Shown here: one piece after another, positions 1 to 9,000 of the stretch
Numbering within the stretch: position 1 is the stretch's first letter
How the letters are laid out: each line of letters begins with the position of its first letter
NCBI GenBank assembly: GCA_044225175.1
Contig: JBGAJA010000002.1
Coordinates: forward strand, 472,991 to 536,990
Source of the DNA: Candidatus Omnitrophota bacterium
Lineage (GTDB): Bacteria; Omnitrophota; Gorgyraeia; Zapsychrales; Fredricksoniimonadaceae
Direction of reading: 5' to 3'
Length of the DNA stretch: 64,000 nt
Notes under the pieces: generated by a model
What the model was told of the DNA's origin: nothing
Database searches by the model: none
Seen by the model: only the letters and a program-made list of their open reading frames with translations
Program-made: the position numbers and the translations under genes

Positions 1-27
1 GCAAAAGAGAGGTTTGGGACAGCAAAT

Positions 28-3000
28 GTGCCGGTTAATACCTTTAACAAAGTATGGATCCTTCCGGATGAGGCCCAGGTATTTGAGAATAAAGGGGCTG
101 TGTATGTGACGAAATCGACGTTGAAGGTGATGTTGGATGAGGATTACCTGGCGATGAATAAACATAATGTAGGGGTGGGTTCCAAACCCACCCACATGAG
201 GGCAGGCCTGCCTGCCGGACAGGCAGGTTTAGAACCTGCCCCTACTGATTCAAATTATATCGGATCCAAAATCATCCGTGATATCGTCATTCCCGAAATC
301 ACCAAAGAAATTAATACGGGAAAGAATTTCGCACCTTTGCGTCAGATCTATAGTTCTCTTATCTTGGCCAAGTGGTTCAAAGAAACCATACAAAACGGCC
401 TTTTAGACTCACTTTATACCAATAAGAGCAAGACCTCAGGAATTAACCTATTAGACCCATCCATTAAGCAAAAGATCTATGAACGCTATCTTCAAGCCTA
501 TAAAAAGGGTGTATTTAACTACATCAAGGAGGATAAAGCACCAACAGGGCAAACCACTCCAAGAAAGTATTTTTCTGGGGGATTACAGGTGATGCCACAT
601 CAATTAGATACAAAGGGAAATGCTGCCATGATTTCAACCACAGGGACCTTCTCTGTCAAGGTGAGTTTAGACGTTCCCGTGGACAATTCTATGCTTGGCC
701 CCCAGGCATTTGATGAAAAGACAGCCATTGATTTGACCCAGTACATTTCCTATCGCCAAATTTTTCAGGCTGAAGGAGGCGAAGGGGATGATGTTATTGG
801 GTATCTTGATGAAGAAGGTGGCAATAAAGAGATCCGTGCCATTATAGATGACAGTGCCAAGAATTTGACACCAGCTAAGATTGATTTTTTGATCACCCGC
901 CAGGCTGCCATTGAACAATCTATTCTAGAATTAATTTCTAATGCATCTGATGCCACGACGGGAAGAGCCTCTCCAATTGGCCGTTTTGGTATGGGGGCCT
1001 TCCAAATGCTGGCTTTTGTACTGGATAAATCCAATCCACCTCTTGACCAGGGGGCATATATCGCAGTTGATACAGCCACTCAAGCCAATAAAGGCAGGCG
1101 CATCATTTTCTTTAAAGGGAGGGATGGAAAAATAAAGTTTAATATCCAAAATATCCAAAAAGAAACCCGCGGCACCCAAGTCAGCATACACTTTCCTAAG
1201 AAGCTCGATAAGGACTTTAGGACTAATTTAGAAAAATTCCTGAAAGAGAAATTAAATCTCTCCACCAAAATGAAAATTAATGTGAATGGCACATTGATCA
1301 ATTCTTTGGACAATCACATTTATTTAAACGGCGATCAAGTGCAATATGAACTGCCTGATCAGCAGATTGATGTGACAATTAAAAGTGGCGTTATTACAGT
1401 GGAAGATCAGGGAAGCGGCATGTCAGATGAAGTTATCTTTGATAAATATTTGATTCCTCGTTTAGGTGAGAATCAGGCCAAACCAAAACCCTTAAGTGTC
1501 CAAGATATTGAAAAGCAGGTGCACATTTTTTATAAAGGCCCTCAGAAGACCGTTAAGGTGGCCAAGTCAAGGATCGTTTTTCAAGTTTCAGGGGTCAACA
1601 TTCAATCTCAAACGATCGAAGGATTTAGTCTGCCTTCTGAAATCATCATTCAACTGCCTTCTTCAACATTATTGACTGTCACCCGTGATGAAATTCAGAT
1701 CGATGAAATGACCCATGAAGCAATCAAGATTCTGGCTCAAAAGATCATTGACCGAAAACCCATTCATCAAATCGCTCTATTGAATGGTTTTATGCAAGCC
1801 TTACGGTTCTTAGATGAAAAAAACAAACGTACCAATGCTCTTCAGCCTTTAGTGCAAAGCGCACGCGAAATCGTCATGCCTTTTGTCCGCAAGCAAACAG
1901 GGCTTGTATTACCTAATGATGTGGTTTTTCGTGATATCACAACCCCTCAAGACACCTTATTCTTAGACGAGGATCTCATTTATGAATTATCCCCTGAGCA
2001 AATTCCAGGGGCTGTGGACATTCAAGAAGCTTTCCGCCCGGGAACACTTAAAAAGGCTTTTGCCGTTCCCTTTAAGAAAGACTCTCCGTTGACCTATTTG
2101 GAATTTCGTGGGTTTCTATTGTTGAACCAGTCTTTGTATGAAGCGTATCGGCAATATCCTATGTTTTTAAATTTGCGTTTAAACTTCTCTGTTGGATATG
2201 GAAAAGAAGTGCCTGCCAAGGGATGGATTTTAACTCCTCAGGAAGTGTTAGAACGTCAAAAGACCACGGAAAAGCAGCCGCTTGTGATGGAACAGCTTCT
2301 GGCCAACTATCCTGCCTTACAAAAGATCATGACGGAGAACTTGGGGAATTCTTTTAAAGAAATCATTAAACCACAAGATGAAAACCAAACACCTCCAAGT
2401 GAAAGTCAAATTAGAAGGCTCTTGGCCACCCTGGAAAAGTTCATCCGTGAAATTCCTCCTAACCTTTATCCCAATTGGGAGGATGTTCTTGATTTTAACG
2501 CCTTAATCGATGCCACCCATGCCATTATGCTTCCCAGTAAAGATTTTCTTAACACGGAAAGTAAATACTTCTCCAATGTTCAACACCCTGAGCGTATGGA
2601 GCGCTACATTAAGAATCTTCTGATGGCCTCTTCTTTAAGTCATTTAAGCGACCAGAGGACTGTGCATCACATCATTTCTCAAAGTGATCCAAATGCTTTT
2701 GATGTGATGGATGATCATCTGGTTGAAGATATCCAAAAAGTCTTTAAGGTCCGTGATTTGGAGAATTTTGAAGAAGCCTTTAAGGCCCTTAACCAAGGAC
2801 TGCCTCATACCAAAGGAGAAGGTACTCAACGCTTTATCCTTCGCTGGCTTAGGATTTACAAGGACAATCCAAAAGCAGCCGATAGTTTCGCAGAAGTTTT
2901 AGCGCAGGAATATCCACGGGATGAAGAATCATCGACTTTTATTCCGAGTACAACTAAACAATTCGGTTCTATAGGCCTGCCAGATAAACCCTTGGGGCAG

Positions 3001-6000
3001 ATGAAAGAGGATAAAGAATACCAACATTCTTCTGTTTTTAAAACTCCCGAAGGACGTTCTATTTTTTATGTCTCAGGTTATAGAGGGGTCAAATTCTTAG
3101 AAGTAGAGGCGAAATCCGGTCAAATGAGGCAACTTGCAGAAATTCCTGAAAAATTTTACAAATTTTCTTTTACAGGCGCAATTCACGATGGTAAGGCTTT
3201 TTTTGTAGCGAATACAGCACATCATGTCCAAGTCTTTACTTTGAATTTGGATTCTTTTGAATATGGGGAAGTTTTCTCAATATCTGAAGATAAATTCTAC
3301 CAGCAAATGACGGGGGAAAATATCCATTTTAAAGACGCTAGTTTTCGGGTTGATTGCCTAAATATTTCCTCTAAAGATGATCCAGTTATTCTTTTTAGAC
3401 CATATAGTCGTATGTCAGAATATATTCATTATCAATCATTTTTGGCCCGTTTTAATATATCAAAAAATACTTTTGAGGTACTCAATGGGTATTTTGATCG
3501 TGAAGAAGAAGGTAGTTCTAATATTAGATTGTTATTGGAAACAAAGGAGCAGCTGATTATTAATATTAATGATGGAGATCAAGTTATCATGATTGATAAA
3601 GCGACCCATCAGATTAAAGAGACAGAAATTCAAATAGAACCTGGCCACTCATTGGATTATAAGTCTAAATTGCTTTATGAATCTCCCAAGAAAGAAATAT
3701 TTGTCTTAGGAGTAAACGACGGATTTAAAGTCTATAAATTGGATTTAAATAACCATAAAAGTTTTGAGCTTATTATGGATTTAAGTGATCAGTATTCTGT
3801 TTCAGGTATTGGTCAGGCCATAGAAGTGATAGAGACTGGGAAAAACCCTTTGGTTATTATTCGAGATGTTGACAGAAATTTGAAATTGCTAAGGTTGGAT
3901 TTAGAAAAGAGGAGTCATGAAGTTCAAATTTTACCAATCTCTATGGATCAGAATTTAGGGCAGAACGACCTTGTGTCTAGCTTATCTTTTGATCCATCAT
4001 CAAAGATGTTATTAGATGTTCTAGCAGAGAGAAAGCATGATTTGACCCATTTTTTAGCGTGGGACTTAAACCCTCCCAAAGGCCAAAAACCACCCCAAGT
4101 TCAATCTCAGGCATCTTCTAAACCCTTTGGCTCAATTGGGGTGCCAAATAAACCTTTTGCGAGTGCTCAGAAGAAAATAAAAGGGCTGCCTGAAAATATT
4201 AAATCCTTGAGACTCAAAACACCTCAAGGAGAGAGTATATTTTATGCTTCCGGAGAGGAGGGGGTGAGATTTTTGGCAGTTGACCCTCAATCTCAAGAGG
4301 TCAGAGAGCTTGAAGGGTGGTCGAAAGATTCTTTTACAGGCTTCAAATATACAGGGGCCATTCGAGATTACAAAGCAATCTTCGTAGGCAGAAATAGGGG
4401 GCATATCATTAAATTCTTTTCGTGGGATTTAAAGTCCTATAAACTTGAAGAAATTTCTTCGATTTCTTCCTATGATCTTTATGAGAATTTAAGTGGGGGT
4501 GAACATTCTCAAGGTGCAGATTGGCAGATTAATCCCATACAGATTAATGAACAGGATGATCCCATTGTTTTACTCGAGGACATCGAGGGGCAATATTCAT
4601 CTCTTATGGTTCGTTTCAATTTATCAACTACAAAATTTGATGTTCTAGGAAAGTTCCCTGATATAAGGTACCGTGATATATCCACAGCAATTGTGGAAAC
4701 TAGCAAGGAAGTCATATATCAACAAACCGATAAAAGATTTTACATTTATGACAAAATGACCCATAAAATTAGCCTCAAAGACATTGAAGTCCCCGAAGAA
4801 TTCGAATTGTCCCAAACGACTACACTTCTTTATGAAACAAAAGAAGAGCTGTTTATTATGGAAATAGGAATTAACACGAGAGTGTATAAAATGAATCTGA
4901 TTACAAACACAGCTTCTCTTGTTATGGATTTAAGTGAAGAAATAAACGCTGGGATCAGTGGCACTCTTGAAGTGGTTGAGTTGGGGGCACAACCGATTGT
5001 GATTATTCAAGATGATGAGAATGAATTGACTATACTACGATTAGATTTGAATCAAGGCAGCCACGAAATTCAAAGTTTACCGATTCCTATTGATCTCCAA
5101 TCCACAGCGGCCAAATTTCTTTCTTTTGACCCAACATCAAAGATTTTATCTGGTAGTTTTAAAGATTCAGAGAATCAGAGGCATCTTCTTTTTTGGGATT
5201 TGAATCCTCCTAAGACACAAAAGTCAATTAACCCTCAACCTATATCCTCCAAACCATTCGGTTCAATTGGAGTGCCAAGTAAGCCTTTGGGACATGTGGA
5301 ACATCAGAAGAGTTTTATACGTTCTTCTTCATTTCGAACTCCCCAAGGGCGTTCTATTTTTTATCTGTCAGGACGCTCGGGGGCTACGTTTTTAGAAGTG
5401 GATCCCAAGTCTAATCAAATCATGAAAGAACTTGCAGAAATTCCAGGGACATTCGAGCAATTTTATTTTACGGGAGCTATTTACGATCACAAGGCTATTT
5501 TTATATCAGACGATGGAAAAAAAATTAAGTTCTTTTCTTTAGATTTAGATTCTTTTAAATATCAGGAAATCTTTTCAATGCCTGCACAAGATCTTTACCG
5601 AACACTCAGTGGTAACCAAGTGAATAGTCGAGACTTTGCCTTTGAAATCAATTGCTTAAGAAATTCCTCACAAAATAATCCGACCATTCTTTTAAGATCC
5701 AAAAATGCAGGTGGTTATAAATCTTTTTTGACTCGATTTCACGTGTCAGAGAATACTTTTGAAGTGTTAAGCCAATATTCTGAAGACAATGACCCTGAAA
5801 TTCGATTATTGTTAGAAACAAAGGACAAATGGATTATTAGTATTAAGCGTAGGAGTGACCAATTTTTAGTCATTGATAAAATGACCAATGAGATGCAAAA
5901 AATGATAATCGAAAGAGAAGAGGCTCATTCTTTGAATTATCTGTCAAAAGTCCTGTACGAATCTCCCCAGAAAGAGGTGTTTGTCATAGGAACCAATGGG

Positions 6001-9000
6001 AGTATTAAGCTTTATAAACTAGATTTAAATAAAAGCAAACATTTTCAAATAGTGATGGATTTGAGTAATGAGAATGATCTTTTTGTAGAAGACTATGCCG
6101 AACCGCCACAAGTTATAGAAAATGGTCAGCATCCGATGGTGATTGTTCGACGTAATCTGAAAGAATTCAAGCTGATACGCTTTGATTTAGAGCAACAAAC
6201 TTATGAAATCCAGAGTTTATCGATTCCTCTAACATTGAAAGAGATAGGGCATGAAAGTCTATCTTTTGATCCATCCTCCAGGATTTTGTTAGGGAGTTTT
6301 ATAGATACAGATGATCAAACGTACATCATTTCCTGGGACCTGAACCCTCCTAAAAATATAAAAAGTCCCAGTAAACCTAAGGGTTTGAAAGATCAATTCA
6401 TTTTAGATGTTGCCAAGCATCCAGACAAACCAATGGTTGTTTTCTCAGATATGCATAGTGAAGTGTTGTTCACGGGCCAGTTTGATCAAGACAACAGGCC
6501 TATTTTTGTGCATGTGAATGAACAAGGAGAGATTATTTTTGAAACCGTCGATAGCTCGGGTCAGAGAAAAGAACTCACTAGAAAAGCCATGGATGAGAAA
6601 GATCCGCCATATCACATCAATGCGACTGGGCTTCATGATAAGCAAGGTCTTCCTATTTTTAATGTGACTAACAGGGGAGGAGAGCCGCGGCATAAGATAA
6701 GGCATTCTAATTATCTGGTTTCCCTTAATCCTTTGGATAAAACAATTCATTTGGTTTCAATGGAAAGTGTATTTGACGAAATGGGCATGGCAGATTTGCA
6801 ATTTACAGGGGAATATGATGCTCAAGGCCGCAGCATATGTGTGACTGGGGCGCGGCTTGGAAAATATTTTGCGGTTTTAGCCATCGATCCTGTAACGGGA
6901 CAAAGAGAAGTGCTTTCCAAGCAGGAGCTTGGGAAAGGTGGGGATGCTCTTCTCATTTGGTTGCCTAAAGATATTCTTCATACGATGGCGGCAATGCAAT
7001 ATAGCTATAATCAATCCGTTATTGAAATTGTCCGCTACGACGCAAAGGCAAAGAAATTTGATGTCGTTAGCATAGATACAGGAAAAGAGATTGGGGATGG
7101 CAATGTCATTACATTTAATAATCAGCCAGCCTTTTTATTATCTAAAAATGGAAAGGATTATATTTTACCGCTGGACAAACAGACTTTACAGATGAGAGGA
7201 CAATCTATTGAAGTGGATCACAAATTTAGTGACTACATTATACAAACAGATTTTTATACTCCTGAAGGGGATCGTATTTATGCGGGAGAGATTAGGGGCC
7301 AGGATGAAATATCTTATTTTACATTGAATTCATCAGGCAAAGTTACTGTTTTAAGAAATACGAATTTCTTTCAGTCCTTTAAAAGGGAGGTGTCTTCTAT
7401 TATCTCACCACACATTAAATTTGACCCAGAATCTCGCTTTGTATTCTTCTCCTCTGAATTGGGTTCTGAAGGTATTAATGCTAACCAACACCTGTTCTCT
7501 TTCTGGGACCTTTCCAACAGTGTTACTTTTGGCCCTGGAACAGGATTTACAACTCAGCGTGTTTTCTTGTCAGAAAATGTCCGTCAACCATTGAAACCTG
7601 TGGTCAAAAACGGTCTTAGTGCTTCGCTCGTCCCCCGTAGGCACAATATTTTTACCGGCCAGTTGGATCACAATCGTAACCCCATTTTTATTGATTGGGA
7701 CAACGATAAAAGACGTATTGTTTTTTCTGTATTGAACTTACAAACGGGGAATATAGAAGAATTGTCTTCGAAAAAGATCCCAAAATTTTCTGATGCAAAT
7801 TTTTATCCAACCCGTCTAAAGAATAAAGATGGCCATCTGGTCGTGATTGGTACTTTCCATCCCATGAGTATCCGTGGTGATCAAGGAATAAATTTAAGAA
7901 TCTTTTCTATCAATCCTGTGACTTTGGAAGTAAGGGTCGTTGAGAATTCAAACTCTTATCCAGAAGGTTATGGTATATATTCCACAGGTTCTTATGATGA
8001 CAAAGGTCGTCCAATATTTTTTTACAATACGCTATTTGACCAACAATTAGTTTCTATTGATCTGGATACAGCAAAAATAGATGGGCTCAAGGAGCCTATT
8101 AAGGTTCATCCCGATACTCCAGTAATAAGATCTGGTCCTATGGAAGGCAAGGGGATTTTTAAATTCCCAATTACGTTTGAAAATTTGAATAATGGACAAT
8201 CCTATAGCGTCGAATTGAATTTCCCTGATGATCAGGCTCGTCAATTAAAACAAAAAATCATTCATTTGCCCAGCCAAATGGAGGTAAAGGATGTTGTTTC
8301 TGGCCATACAGGTGAAGCGATCCTAGTATGTGAAAAAGATAAAAAGATTTTCTTATGGAATTTTGACCAAAAAACTCTTGAGCTTAAAGGCCAGCCAGTT
8401 GAATTTAATCGATTCCAATGGGATGAGGTTAAATCTTTGGACTCATTTGATCATGAGGGTAATCCCTATTTCATGGCTCCCGAAGGCAATAAGCTTATTG
8501 TTTTTTCTTTGGGGCGTCAGTTAAATATTAAAATTAAGAAAGAACTGACCTTCCAAATTCCAGAAGAGTTGCCTGAATATGCAGAAATTAAGAAATCTGA
8601 ATACGAATACTTGGGTGATTTGAAGCTCTTACGCGTGGGATGGCAGACCTCTTTATCTTCCCAATTCGAGCTTTTCTTTGATATGACATCTTTTATTGAA
8701 GATAAGCTCATTGATCTTCCAGACATCCATGAAGAATCAGACTCAGGAGTTGATTTCATTCGCACAGGTTTTGCAGCCCTTGATTCTAGGGATGATCTTT
8801 CTGGTTTGCCTTCTAAGGTGCGGGCCATTGTTAGGTTTTTAAAAGATGAGAAGATCGCTTTGGTTGAAGAAAAGGCGATTGAACCAGCACCTAGTGCCTG
8901 GGAAGATGTTGATGAAATTTCAGATGAGAAAATTCCTTTAGCGACCTTGAATTATCTATATGCCGTCTTTGCCAAAGAGATGGAGAAGTTGCAAGTCAAT

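Noticed and set aside
28-30. GTG at 28 as the true start codon of the giant gene
   Set aside because: The frame is open from position 1 with no upstream in-frame stop in the window, and no convincing RBS precedes position 28. The gene more likely starts upstream of the window.
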